The translations under genes and the position numbers were made by a program. The notes beneath the pieces are model-generated. The model was not told the origin of the DNA, did not search any database, and worked only from the letters and a program-made list of their open reading frames with translations. Source: the human T2T-CHM13v2.0 reference genome, Homo sapiens. From it: DNA of 64,000 bases. The stretch lies in NCBI RefSeq assembly GCF_009914755.1, contig NC_060932.1. One strand, written 5' to 3'. Below are positions 40,641 through 55,504 of the stretch, piece by piece. Numbering within the stretch: position 1 is the first letter of the stretch; each line of letters begins with the position of its first letter.

Positions 40641-43156
40641 GTAAGTGATACTGACACTTGAGCACAAAGAAAGGGACACAGCGGCACAGGGAAGGCAGCT
40701 GGTGTTTTATTTTTATTCTTGTTCATGAATTTGTCTTTATAGGTGGATAAAGGCCTGATGTGTTTTATCATTATGGAAATGCTGTTTAGAGTCATTACTC
40801 TATAAATGCTGGTTGAATGAATGAACTAGAATCAATAAATTGAAGTTACACAGAAACAGTTTTTGGTCTTTTAAGAATGAACTTTCTAAAAAATGTTTCA
40901 GAAAATGGAATGAGCTTCCTTGTAAGGCAATGAGGCAATCCCTGTGTCCACACAGTGACTAGGTCGTCACTGTAAGGGAATGTTATAGGAAAAACTCCTG
41001 CAATAGGAAGGAGATGTGACCAGATCTCTAGTGTCCTTCCCAGTTTTCAGATTTTATGATGTTATTGCTTACATCAGTAACAAATGGTGCTTGGTTTATG
41101 CTATAGGTTTGCTGATCTGAGGTCACTGGACTCAGATCTGTACCACCAGCATCATGTTGCTGCCAAGATTGCTACAGTCTATTTCTTCAAAATATCAGAA
41201 TATGTAATTTGATGTTTCTAATCAGTCGTCAAAATTTGAAAGCTCAGAGGTGACTATAAAATAAATGTAGACAGGCACTGAATATTAGACATGGAATTGC
41301 CTGTTTGATAGCCATTTTTGCTTAGTCTCTCATGGTCAACTGAATTATGTGTGCATAAACTTCTTGGGTGGCTGTGTTTTGGGTTGGGAGGCTCTATTTT
41401 ACACCGTAACATTATTTACAAGGTCAAAGATCTTGTAAACACCAAGAAGGGCGAAAAATAGTTGATGATTGGCTGGAATGATGGTAAGAGAAAACATGTG
41501 ACCTAAAAGAAAGGAAGCATTAAAATTCTTAGAGTTACATTGCCTTCTAGCTAGGTGAAACGGCCGAAAGAATTAAGGATGTAAAATGAAATGAGAATAA
41601 GAACTCATGTCTTCATAGTCCTTGAAAGAAATAGACCATTTGAGTGGCAGCTCATTTGCTTAGGAGACTGACCAGACTGGTGGACCAATCAGTATTTTCT
41701 ATGGCTTGTATCTGAGCTATCATAAAATAAAAATTAGTTGCCTGGGTACCCTGTAACTTTCAGTTTATTTTTCCAACCATGGATGTCAGCCTATTCTGAG
41801 GCTTGCACAGACAGGCTTAGTGGCTTTTCCTCCTTGCCTGGCCTGTATGAGGCTCTCTGAGATCTGTCATCTATCCCCATCTCAGAAATAATCAGCCCTG
41901 TGAACTGGTAGATCAAACATGGATATATTGCCTTGGATTTGGCATAGGTTTTCCTTAATTTCTATTCATTTAAAATAAAAAATCTTTGTATTAACATTGC
42001 AAAGATAATATTGTGTCTGTTTTCTGTCCCATTATTTTTTCATTCATATTTCTTTTTGAATTCATGGTTTTTACTAGAGTTGGATATTCTCTTACTCTAC
42101 AAAGCATGAAACAAGTAGTTTTAGGTTGTTTAATAGTGTAGTATTAGTTTTAGGTATATATTAGTATAGTAAAAATCTAAGAGTATACATAATTAGCGGT
42201 AAGACCTGGCAACCTTCTGCTTAGTCTCATTTTAACCATCTTCTGAAAGTTTGAAACAATCATCAGGTATTCTGTTATTATCTAGTATATTTGGATTATG
42301 ACTTAAAATGATAACATATAAAAGTCAAAGCCAGGATTCTAACAACATAAAAAATATATGTCTCATTTCCCCGAATGAAACTCCCTAGAATTATAAGAGC
42401 AAAGCAGAATATTATTAAAGATAATAAAAATAATTTTGTTTTCATGGCCTTTTATTACATGTAAAATCTGATTCAGAGAGTTGCATATTTTCTCTTATAA
42501 CTTCATCAAGCATCTGCTTTTCTTCCTCTTTAGCTCTGATCTTGGATATGTGACTTACGTTTTAGCCAATTTTTAAGCAGATGGCTGGACTTTATTTGAC
42601 CTCCAAACTCTTCTTTCCATTGTCAACTAGAAACTTCAAGAGTTCTGCATCTTTAGGATTTAGCTGCTCAGTCATTTTTCCTTTTATTCCTTCAGATTTG
42701 AAACCCACTGAATCAAAGTATCCAGTTTCTACAAACATATGAAGTGTGTGTTTGTCTTGTTTTATTTATTTATTTGTGTATTGTTTTGCTCTTGCTTGCA
42801 TATTATTTAGTTTCAGGTTGATTTTTTTCTCTCTGAAGATCCAGCTGACAGAATTATTTAGGTTAATAAGATTGTATTGTTAAAGTGTCTGAAACAATCA
42901 TGTCTGATCTGATTCACAGTTAGAAATGCTCTCACCTGCAAGGAACAGAGAACCCTCCTATCGGAGGCTTACACCATAAAGATATTTATTGCTTCTTGTA
43001 TTACAGGAAGTTATAGAAGTAAGTTCTGGGGGGGCTTTGGTGTCTGGCAACACATTCAATTGATGAACTAATCAGCTTTCTGTTATTACATAATAAGGGC
43101 TCCATGACTTATTAGGTGTGTTTTCTTTTTGCCTTCTCTTCTTGTAACTGATAAGT

Positions 43157-43381
43157 AAGTTTCCCCCACTAAAGTGTAGCTTGTATTTGTCTAAATGTTC
43201 CCTACACACAACTCTTTCTCCACTTCTTTACTTGACTTATATTTTTAACATTATTTTAATGATTCTAGTATGTCTATCTCTTCAATTTTAACTTATGCAT
43301 TTTTTAGAAGAAAGTATAGCATAGAACAATAAATTTCTGATTTTAGTTTGCTCTTTGCCTTTTTTTGCTTTTCCTCCAATG
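43157..43381 (+). repeat. Arm 1 (probable donor) of a ~225-bp inverted duplication
   Basis: Its reverse complement aligns to 44742-44966 with about 8 substitutions and 2 single-base indels (hand alignment). Confidence 0.95.
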
Positions 43382-44741
43382 TCTTGTATGTCTATAATAT
43401 TTTAGTTTGTTTTCTATGTAAGACATTACTTAGAGAACAAAGTTCTTGAGGGTATTAATACGATCTTCAAGCATGTTAAAGTCATCATTGTACCTAGCAT
43501 AGAACTCTACATGGTAGATTCTCAGAAAACTTGTTGAATTAAAAAATGAATTATCTATTCAGGAACTTGAAAACCAAGAAACATAATGCTAGGTAATAAT
43601 GATTTTAAAATATAAACTGAGTCTGATGTTTGTTAATTTTAATAATTATTATAGCAAGATGGGACTGTAAAAGAAAGGCACACTCAGAACTGTCACTTCC
43701 CTTCCCTAATGCTGCTATGTATGTGTATATCTGGATTTTCATTTTGTTAGGAACATCTCTTCAAGATGAATTCCTAGAATGAGATTACTGGGTCAAAAGG
43801 TAAATTCAAAACAAAAACAAATGTAGTTATGTTAGACATTGTTAAATTCCCTTCCGAAGGGGTTGTGTCAGTTTACATTCCCATAGCAGTGTATGAGAGT
43901 GCCTCAGCCTTACCAACAGAATGTGTTCTCAGCCTTTTGAACTTTAGCCAAGCAGGTGAAAAGTAGTATTCAAGGTAATTTGAGTTTCTTTAATTATGAG
44001 TGAGGTTCAACATCTTTTCATATGTTTAAGATCATTTTGTGCTAATTTTGTGAATTGTCTATTTATATTTGTCTCATTTTTCCATCAGAGTTTTAGATTT
44101 TTTTCTCTTCAAATTTTAAGAGTTCTTTATATATTATGGATATTAGCCCTTTTTCTGTGATAGATGTTGAAAGTATTTCCTTCTAATTTGGCAGTTGTAC
44201 TTTGACTTTATTTTACTATGCAAATTTAAAAAATTGTGTTGTCAAATTTATCAGTCGTTTCTTTTACTGCCCATTATTTTGAGTCATTGTTAGCTTTTTT
44301 CAACACTGAGTTTATGGAGGAAGTCACCATATTTTTTTTCTAGACTTCCATGATTTATTTTTTTTCTTTTTATATATACATTCCTGATAATTGTGGAGTT
44401 TATGCTTGTGAGTGGTGTGTGATATGGATGTAATTTTATTTTTTTCTAAGTTGCTGCCTACTTGTGCCAACAACATTTATTAAAAAGCCCATCTTTACCT
44501 CTATAACTTAAGATGCCACCATTATCATTTCCATATGTACTTATATCAATTTTGGGACTTTCTTTGCTATTCTACTGCCCTTTAACTCTATTCTTGTGAC
44601 TGTAGCACCCTGTTTTATGGAGACTTTATAGAATGGTTTAATGTAGGGTAGGACTAGTCAAGCTTTGTATTTTTAATTTTTGTGTGTATTCTTGGCTATT
44701 CTTGCATGTTTGTTTTCCTTATGAATTTCAGCACCAACTTG

Positions 44742-44966
44742 CATTGGAGGAAAAGCAAAAAAAGGCAAAGAGCAAACTAAAATCAGAAATTTATTGTTCT
44801 ATGCTATGCTTTCTTCTAAAAAGTGCGTAAGTTAAAATTAAAGAGATAGACATACTAGAATCATTAAAATAATGTTAAAAAATATAAGTCAAGTAAAGAA
44901 GTGGAGAAAGAGTTGTGTGTGGGGAACATTAGACAAATACAAGCTACACTTCAGGGGGAGAAACTT
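44742..44966 (-). repeat. Arm 2 (inserted copy) of the ~225-bp inverted duplication, inside an L1
   Basis: Interrupts L1 text between ...gcaccaacttg and ...aaacttgctgatacttttattgggattg. Confidence 0.95.
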
Positions 44967-45289
44967 CCTTGTATAAAAAGAAACTTGCTGATACTTTTAT
45001 TGGGATTGTGTTAAACTGACATCTTTATGATGTTGATTTGTCCTGTCCAAGAACAGAGGATGCCTTTCATTTTGTTCAAATCTAATTTTGTGTTTTTCAG
45101 AGTGTTTTAAAATTTTCCTCCTACAGGTTTTGCACATTTTTGTCAAGTTTATTCCCAAGGATTTAATCTTCTTTGTTGCTATTATAAGTGGAGTTTTCTT
45201 TACCATTATGTCCTCTGGCTGGCTATTGTTTGTGTCTTTGAAAGCTATTGATTTTTGCGTGTTAATTTTGAATCCTGATATCTTACTGA

Positions 45290-45633
<344 letters not shown>

Positions 45634-47182
45634 AGAGATGTTTTTACTTCTTTACAAAATCATATGACTGGTGATTTCTCTAATCCAATTGCTTTGGGTT
45701 TTGCAACCTCTATTATAACATTAGGTAATTGTGAAAACAGTGGGCATTCTTGCCCTTTCATGAGCTTACTTATAATGCTATTAACATCTCCACAAATTAT
45801 AATGCAGTCCTCATGAATAAAGTTTATATGTCTTGTCATGTTAAGAAATTATAAATTGTGTCCTATTTTGTGTTTTTAATAGAAACTAGAAAAAATGTTG
45901 AATATTGCTGAAGCCTCTTCAGCATCTATAGAAATAATCTTACTTTTATTCTCTCAAAACTATCATTTATTATGTTAATAGATTCCCTAATATTGAACCA
46001 ACTTTAAATTGCAAGAATAAATTCCAGTTGGTCACGGTCTATTTTATTCTTAATGTGGTACTGGATTCTGTTGATTAATTTTCTTCTTTAGTATTTTGCA
46101 TCATTTTTCTTTAGTGGTACTGGACTGTAGTTTTCTTTCTTGTGCTGTCTTTATCAGGTCTAAGTCTCAATGTTTTACTTTCTTCTTAACGTCCCTTCTC
46201 AATGCTTTTCAGCATGTATAGCACTTCTGGAGCATCTAGTACTGGAGGTTTTGTAGAATTCCTCTTTAAAATAATGTTGCCTGGTGCTCTTTTGTAAGAT
46301 AATTTCTTGATGATCCTCTGCAGTTTCTTTTACAAAAATTGGTCAGTTTAAGCAGCCTAGCTCTAAAACAACCAGAATTGGAAATCTTTATTTTCTTGGA
46401 AAATTATATTTTTATCTATCTTTTCAAATGTATTTACATGTAGGTCTTTAAAGTAGTCTGTTGTAATTTTAAAAAAATTTATTGTTTCAATGTTTTACCC
46501 TTTGATATTTTCTATTTTTATATTTGTGCTTTTTCCTTTGTTCTTGATCCAGGCAGCTAGTGGTTTTTCTATTTTGTTACTTTTTTAAGAAAACCAGGAT
46601 TTTGAAATAGTATGTCTACTTTTTTCCTATTTCTATCTCTGCTTTTATCTTTATTATTTCCTTCAATTTACCATTATTTTATTGTTTGGTTGTTGCTCTT
46701 CTTCTATTTTTTCCATCTAGGAATTCAATTTACTTGTTATTTTTTTTTCATTTTTATTGATAAAAGCACATAGTGCTATGAATTTTCCTATGCTAATTGT
46801 TTGAAATGTATTCTGTTGATTTTTATATATACTGTGTTTTGCTTCAATATTTTTTAGGAATAAAAATTCTGTGATTTCAGTTTGTATTTCCTCCTTTACC
46901 CAAAGATTAAGAGAAGAGTTTTTAATTTTAGGTGGGTGAGTCTTTTTGCTTTTCAGTTTTGTCAATAATTTCTAGTGTTATTTCATTGCAGTCAGGGAGT
47001 ATTGTTTATAATAGTTTATGTTACCTAATTTACTAACATTTTCCTTCTAACCTACTGTATAATCATTTTTTTGTGAGTGTTTCATGAGCACTTGAGAAAA
47101 AATATATAGCCTTGATTATCAGAGTGTAAAGATCAGTATATAGCTATTAGGTTCTTCCTTGTTGATTATGATTATTCACTTT

Positions 47183-47317
47183 TTTGCCTTTTTGATTTTT
47201 TTTGCACTGACTGAGAAAGGTGTGTTCATTACTGTAGGCTGCCTTAACTAGAATAATGGAATTGTAGTGGTTTAATTATCTTTTAGGTAAGCTATATATG
47301 TTTGTGTCATAAACATA
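47183..47317 (+). repeat. Copy 1 of a ~130-bp direct repeat
   Basis: Aligns to 48380-48510 (gagaaaggtgt.ttcattactgtaggctgcctt.actagaataatg...tatatatgtttgtgtcataaa). Confidence 0.93.
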
Positions 47318-47482
47318 AGACCATCCAATGTCTCTCACTCATTGGCCTTCAGACAAAATAAATAATTTCTGTTTCTCTTCTCTGTTACCATTTGATTTAT
47401 ATTGCTAGTATAAACAAAGTGCACTTATACAACCATAATAATGTAATGTGATAGTTTCTGTGTTGTACATTAGAATACGGGC

Positions 47483-47800
47483 TTTTTAACAACAGCATTA
47501 TTGAGGTATAATTGCCATGCAATAAATTTTACATATTTAGAATGTACAATTTGATCTTTTGACAGATGTATATATTCATGAACCCATCATCAAGACAATA
47601 AAAATATCTGTAATTTCACAAAATTTTTTCTTGACCATTGTAATCCCACTCCGTTAGCTCCCCTCCTCACACACTGATCTGCTTTTTGTCACTATGAGTT
47701 AGTTTGCATTTTCTAGAATTTTATAAAAATGAATGTAATGTCCCTTCCCCTTCTCTTTTTTTTTTTTTTTTGGTCTGGTTTCTTTCACTCAGCAAAACTT
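47483..47800 (-). mobile_element. L1M 3'-end fragment
   Basis: ttattgaggtataattg...cactgatctgctttttgtcact...tttgcattttctagaatttta. Confidence 0.8.
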
Positions 47801-48379
47801 TATTGCTGTTTATATTGTAGATTTATTGCCATGGTTTTATAACAGTAGGAACTCTTGTGATTAGGACTCATGCAATTTCTGACAGTTGATAATGCAGTGA
47901 CTGAATTGACTGGTATGATAATCTTATTGTTTCCAGTTCTACCATCTATTTCTAAGGCACGTTGTCTCATAAGAAAGTCTTTTAGTGGAATTGATGCAGT
48001 TTTGTACTATTAGTATTACTTTACACAAGGAAAAGACAATTTTTCTAGCTAAAAACAGTAAAAACAGTAGCAGCCAAGAAAGGAATTGCTAGCACACTCA
48101 CAGTAATGAAATGCTAGTTTTAAAATGCCAGTATCAATTAGCATTTCTGCTGGGGACACAAACACATAATAAAAGCCAATGCACTTTAAAAACCATTGTT
48201 ATCTTCTCCCTGTAGCTTTTATTATTCCCTGTGATGGACAATTTGCATATTTGTTTTTCCAAGAGCTTTTCCAAGAGGGGTCTGGGATTGTCCCTTGCCC
48301 ATTCACCTCTGGAAATTTTCCCAAGCTCTACTTTTCTGAAGAAGCCATAGGACAAGATTTCTGCCATGGGGAAATCTAG

Positions 48380-48510
48380 TTTGTCTTTTTGATCTTTCTT
48401 GCACTGAGAAAGGTGTATTCATTACTGTAGGCTGCCTTCACTAGAATAATGCCATTGTAGTGGTTTGAGTATCTTTTAGTTAAGTTATATATGTTTGTGT
48501 CATAAATATA
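48380..48510 (+). repeat. Copy 2 of the ~130-bp direct repeat
   Basis: See 47183-47317. Roughly 85-90% identical by eye. Confidence 0.93.
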
Positions 48511-49150
48511 TATTCAACAATTATAAAAGTGTGGGTGTTTAGTGACAAAGCCTTGTATTATGATACTAGTGCATTCTGGAGACACATGGTCTTATGTCTT
48601 CAAGGATGATAAAAAGACAACTGTAAGCTAAATAGGAGATTCTTCAATTACTTTTGGTGTTGTGCTAAACATTTTCTTGCAAGTTTTAAATAAGAGGATC
48701 AGGAGTATAGAAGGGACACAAGATATAAAACTAGTTTATACTGCCTATTCAACACATCGTACTTACTCTTCTCAGAAACATCATCAACTTTCTTCTTTTG
48801 TAATGCAGGAGGAGGACAATCTGAAATCTCTTTTGATAATGTTTCACTGTTTTACAACCATTACAGCAGAAAGTCATTACTCTGTTTAATCTAAATCTTT
48901 CCATCTGTGTTTGTACCTGGCAAAGCTAAGAAGTAATAAACTTAACCAAGTTAGAATTATAACATTCTTAAAATTATAAAAAACTTTCCTTATGTACAAA
49001 AATAATTATATTTATTAGCCTAGTATTTGACAAGCTCTGTTCTAAGCTTACTACATGTATTCATATATTCAATCCTCATTGACATTTTAGGAAAAATTAT
49101 TTAGGAATAATTCCCTATTATACAGATAAAGATACTGAAGATAAACTGAC

Positions 49151-49534
49151 TGATATAGTTTGGCTCTGTGTTGCCACCCAAATCTCATGTTGGATTATTA
49201 TAATCCCCAGTGTTAGGAGAGGAACCTGGTGGGAAGTGATTGGATCATGGGGGTGGGTTATTCCCTTGCTGTTCCTGTGATAGTGAGTTCCCATGAGATT
49301 TGATTGTTTAAAAGTGTGTGGCACTTCCTCCTTCTTTCTATCTCTCTCCTGCCACCATGTGAAGACATGCTTGCTTCCCCTTTGCCCTTTTGCCATGATT
49401 GTCAGTTTCCTGAGGCATCCTCAGCCATACTACCTGTGCAGCCTGTGGAACTGTGAGTCAACTAAACTTCTTTTCTTTATAAATTACCCAGTCTCAGGTA
49501 GTTCTTTATAGCAATGTGAGAACAGACTAATAGA
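49151..49534 (+). mobile_element. MSTA-like MaLR solo LTR inserted in a MIR
   Basis: tgatatagtttggctctg...acagactaataga. TSD ctgac/gtgac. Confidence 0.9.
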
Positions 49535-51651
49535 GTGACTTATTTAGAATCTTGTAATTAGGAATTAACACAGTAGGAGTCAGACTCCAGTATACACTTC
49601 CTTAACTGCTGCTATGCAGCTTTCTAAACTAGTGTTGACAAAGGAAGCAAGGAAACTTAATCCATCTACTTCTAGGGCCAGGCATTGTTCTAGCTCTTTC
49701 CCACATTTTACCTCATTAATAATAGTGGCAGCATGTGTACTGGGCATGTGTCATGTGGCAGAACAATGTTCTTGGCTCCACAACAGTGTGCCTGTCATTC
49801 TCTAGGCATGCCAGGCCCCTTCTCATGCTGCTTGTATGACTCCTCTGTGTCTTTCAAGGTTCAGCTCAAACATAATCATCTCAGAGAAGCCTTCCCTGGA
49901 TCTCTGGACATACTTATATGTGATTCCTCTTACTGTTCCTGTAAGACATTGCTCATGTCCTACCTCATAGGGCTTCTGAATCTACCAGGAAATATTTTTT
50001 ACACATTTCCCTCCTTTTCTAGACTGTGAGTCTCTATAGAACAGAGACTATTTGTCTCTATAATTCCAACAGCTGGTACTTAATAAATGTGAGTTGATTA
50101 AATTGAAGAGGAAAAAGGTCAGTTAAATGTTAGTGGCATCACTATGTTAAATAACCAAAATTAAATTGAGTTTTTTTTTTCATCCTTCACCGGAAGATAG
50201 GGAATGTGTCTGTATCTGTTTAAATTGTAAAACAGTTCTTGATAAACAAATAGTAATAAACTTATACTTCTCTAATTTGCTCATGGTTATTTTGTTAGAT
50301 CCATCTAGCTCAAGTGTGCAGACCTAGTCAATAAAATCTCCCACCTTTTCTTATGAATACTCCCACATCTGATGAAAAACAAAAACACAACTACTCTACA
50401 ACTCCTTACACTTGTGTATTTTAATAATATCATGCTTCCAATCATCCGACTGTATGACTATTGTTTTATTGAGCTCATATTTCTTAGACAAATATGAAAC
50501 CAGAGGAGTCAAATTGTCTATCCCTAGCAGTTCTGACTTTCATAATGTCTAGCATCAGAGGCTAGTTTCTTCTTGAAGTGTCTGAGAACTGAAAAGATTA
50601 TGGTTCTGCCTTCAACCATGTAATTCCAAATAAAGATGATTCTAAATTCCAGTGAATTTCTGATATATTACACAAAACTTAGATAGACATTTCCTGAACA
50701 TATGATTAGTTTGTCTGTGGAGTAATGTGTACTTGGCTCATCTCTCTGCTCTCCATTCCTGCTCTGTCTAGTTTAGGTGACTTTTTCCTTTTTCCTTTAC
50801 TATTCCTGTTATACCAACACTTTAAATGGCCATTCTATCATGAGATCAATCCTACCAAAGCACAGCTCTCATGTTTGAGCCAGTGTGCACCATAGTTCTT
50901 GGCAAGATCAGATGTTTAATGAATGTATGGAAAAGTGATGTCACTCACTCCTGTAAAACTCCCTTTTCACTACTTTTACAGTGGACTATATTCTGACCTC
51001 AAAATGTCTTGCTTTATTTTCTGTTACTCACTTTTGGCTAGTTTTGTTACTTCCAGACTTGCTGTGAACATATCCATGCTGTCCTGTTTGATCCTCATAC
51101 TCTTCCCTCCTTTTTGAATGCTTTCTAATGGTTTTCCTCCTTAAGTGTCAAGTTAACAATTTTAACCCTATCCAGCAATACTCCCTTTTCCCTCTGAAAT
51201 CCAGTGGCACATGTTCTATTTCTCTCTTTTGTATGCGTGGTTTATATTTTTGTCTTGGTGTGGTTATTTGCACACATGCCATACTTCTAAAACCCAGCTG
51301 TTTGGTGCTTTTCTTAGAGTCCTTCTTTTTCCCTGTGCTGATGTATGCAGGATTCGGGAACTCTTCATGAATAGCACACACTTTGGTGAGAAATTTAGAC
51401 TTACCTGAAGATTCTGTGGAACAGGTGGAGAGGATTTTCTTTTCTTTTTTTCACTTTTAATAACTTTCACTTTAGGATGATTTTAGATTTGCAGAAAAGC
51501 ACAAAAATAGTACCCAGAGTTGACATATAACCCACACAGTTTCCCCTGTTACTAACATCTTACATTAGGAAGGTATATTTGTCACAATTAATGAACCAGA
51601 TTGATATTTTGTTATTAACTAAAGTCTATATGTTGTATCCAGATTTCCTTA

Positions 51652-52936
<1,285 letters not shown>

Positions 52937-53182
52937 GTTAATTATTACCTAATGTCCTTTTTTTGTGTTCCAGGATCCCATCCAGGATACCACATTACAT
53001 TTAGTTGTCCTGTCTTTCTTCAGTTTCCTTATTACTGAACATTGCTGAGACTTTTTAAATTTTTAATTATCTTGACACTTTTGAGGAGTACTGGTCAGGT
53101 AGTCTACAGAATGCCCCTCAATCGGGATATGTTTGATGTTTTTACCATGATTAGATTGGCGTTATATGTTTTTAGGAGGAAG

Positions 53183-53184
<2 letters not shown>

Positions 53185-53218
<34 letters not shown>
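53185..53218. repeat. (GT)n microsatellite, about 17 units
   Basis: Direct inspection. Confidence 0.95.
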
Positions 53219-53219
<1 letters not shown>

Positions 53220-53221
53220 TA

Positions 53222-53390
53222 CATATAATTGTGATAAAATACACATAACATAAAATTTACCATCTTAACCATTTTTCAGTGTGTAGTTCAGTAGCATTGA
53301 ATACATTCATAATGCTGAGCAGCCATCACCGTCATCTGTCTATGCAACCCTTTCATCTTGTAAAACTGAAACTCTATACTCATTAAACAA
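53222..53390 (-). mobile_element. L1MB-type 3'-end fragment
   Basis: aaaatttaccatcttaaccattttt...aaaactgaaactctatac. Confidence 0.8.
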
Positions 53391-54480
53391 GTGACAGTCT
53401 CACCACATCATAAACTATAACAACACTTATCATTGTTGATGTTAACTTGATCACCTGGCTGAGGTAGTACTTGTCAGTTACTCTATTTTCTCCCTTTCCA
53501 TACTGTATTCTGTGGAAATAAGTCATTATGAATAGCCCACACTTAAGGAGTGGAGGTTATGTCAAGTGGGGAGTTAATGAGTGGATATTGTCTGCATAAA
53601 TTACTGGAATTCTGAACATATTTGCCTATTCTCCCCTATTTATTTATTTAGTCAATCATTTATATTAGTATGGACTCTAGGATATTTGTTCTATTCTTTG
53701 GTTATAATCCAATACTACTTTATTTATTTTGCTCTTCAAATTGTCCTGGCTTTGGACATTGGGAGTTCTTTCAGTTGGCTCTGTGTCTGTCTTTGACACC
53801 CTTATTTGTTTATTTACTTGTTTAACACTTCCTTCCTTTCTGGCACTACAAGATAATCCAGGTTCATATTTTATATGCCCTGCTCAGTCCTAGAATCAGC
53901 CATTTCTCTAAGGATCTCTGGTTTGTTTTATTAGAGAAAGCTGTTAGACTTTAAGATTTAGATGGTAGGTATGCTTATTGCTACTGGGGTGTTATTGCTT
54001 GTAAGCCTTTTTATCTGACAGAGCAAGGGAATATTTTTATGTATGTTAAACATAATATAATTATGTTTAATTATACAGCAAATCTTATAAGGCAAATCTG
54101 TGCAGAATTCCAGTAATTTTGCCTCTTAATACACATGCTTGAGCCCACTGCCCAACTCTTGAGATCATAATAAAATATACGTTATGTATATTAATTATAT
54201 TATGTATAATTTATATGTATGTAATCATATCTATATGTATTTATATATCCATCTATGCCTATATTAAGTTAAACATGAGCATATACTTAGGTCTTCAACC
54301 CTAATGCATTACCAGAATGATCATTCTAGCTTTCTGGCCTTGTTTGTCTGAAACCTCCCCCTCCAGCAGTGAGAACCTGGCTCCTAACACTCACCATCCA
54401 TTTGTTTAAGTTAGCAATTCCAGTATATATAATATATAATAATATATTGCAATATAATACATATTGCAATTCCAGTATAT

Positions 54481-55168
54481 TTGCCAGCAGTGGATCTGTG
54501 TGGGTACAGGTCTGCAGCAACCTCAATTCTTGCCTTCTCAGAAGAAATAATTCAACTAAGGTGCATAAGGCAGAAGGAGAGACCAAGGCAAGTATTAGAG
54601 CATGAACGAAAAGAAAATAAAGTACACTTGGGAGGGGGTCAAGAGGGCCAACTGAGAGACCAAGTGCACTATTTGACCTTTTGACTTGGGGTTTTATATG
54701 CTGGCATACTTCTGGAGTCTTGCGTTCCCTCTCCCCTGATTTTTCCCTTGAGGTGGGCTGTCTGCATGTACGGTGGCTTGCTAGCACTTGGTTAGGAGGG
54801 GAGCATGTATAGTGTGTTTACTGGAGTCATATGCGTGCTAACTCGAGGTGTTTTTCCCTACCCACTCGAATGTCCCTGGGAGGTCATAAGCCAGTTAAAC
54901 TCTGCCATTTTGCCTCTGAATATGCATGGTTGGGCCCACTTGCTCAACTCTTAAGATATTAGCGAGAAGCTGCTGATCACCAGTGTCAGGTGCTTCTATC
55001 TGTTGGGAGACTTCCTTTCCCTGGTTCTGGCTGGGACCAATTATTATTTTAGAGAAACAGTTTAATAACTGCCTGACCATCACTTGATGGTCGCCTGACA
55101 TTCTAGGTTGGGGTGGAGGAGGGCCCTCTACTGCCCTGCTCATGTCTGACTAGCTACCTACTATAACA
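54481..55168 (-). mobile_element. MER50-like ERV1 LTR, complete
   Basis: Reverse complement begins tgttatagtaggtagctagtcagacatgagcagggcag. Confidence 0.85.
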
Positions 55169-55504
55169 TTTCCGCCAACAGGCGTCAAAGACCCCAATTT
55201 TTTTGGAGAAAATGGAGAAAAGTCCGGTGGTTCTGTGGGTCTTGGCCTTTAGCTAGCTGTCAAGGCAGGGTTGGCTCCATTGGTTGGTAAAAGTGGTATC
55301 CTGCCAAGTCCAAGGGGGACAGGGACAGGACTTTTCCTCTGTTGTGTCCCACTGATGGGCAGTTTATGGGTCCCCTGTAGAAGGGTGATTTGGCAGGATG
55401 GTATCCCTCACTGAGGATCTGGAGCTTGATGGCCTGAAAGCAAGAGGAGACAAATCAGGTTACTAGATTTAGAAGAATGTTAAAACGAAATAAGGGGGTG
55501 AGGA
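55169..55504 (-). mobile_element. ERV1 internal 3' remnant (env tail region) adjoining the LTR
   Basis: Reverse complement contains caggccatcaagctccagat (AIKLQ, env C-terminal motif) and a purine-rich ggcggaaa just before the LTR TG. Confidence 0.65.
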
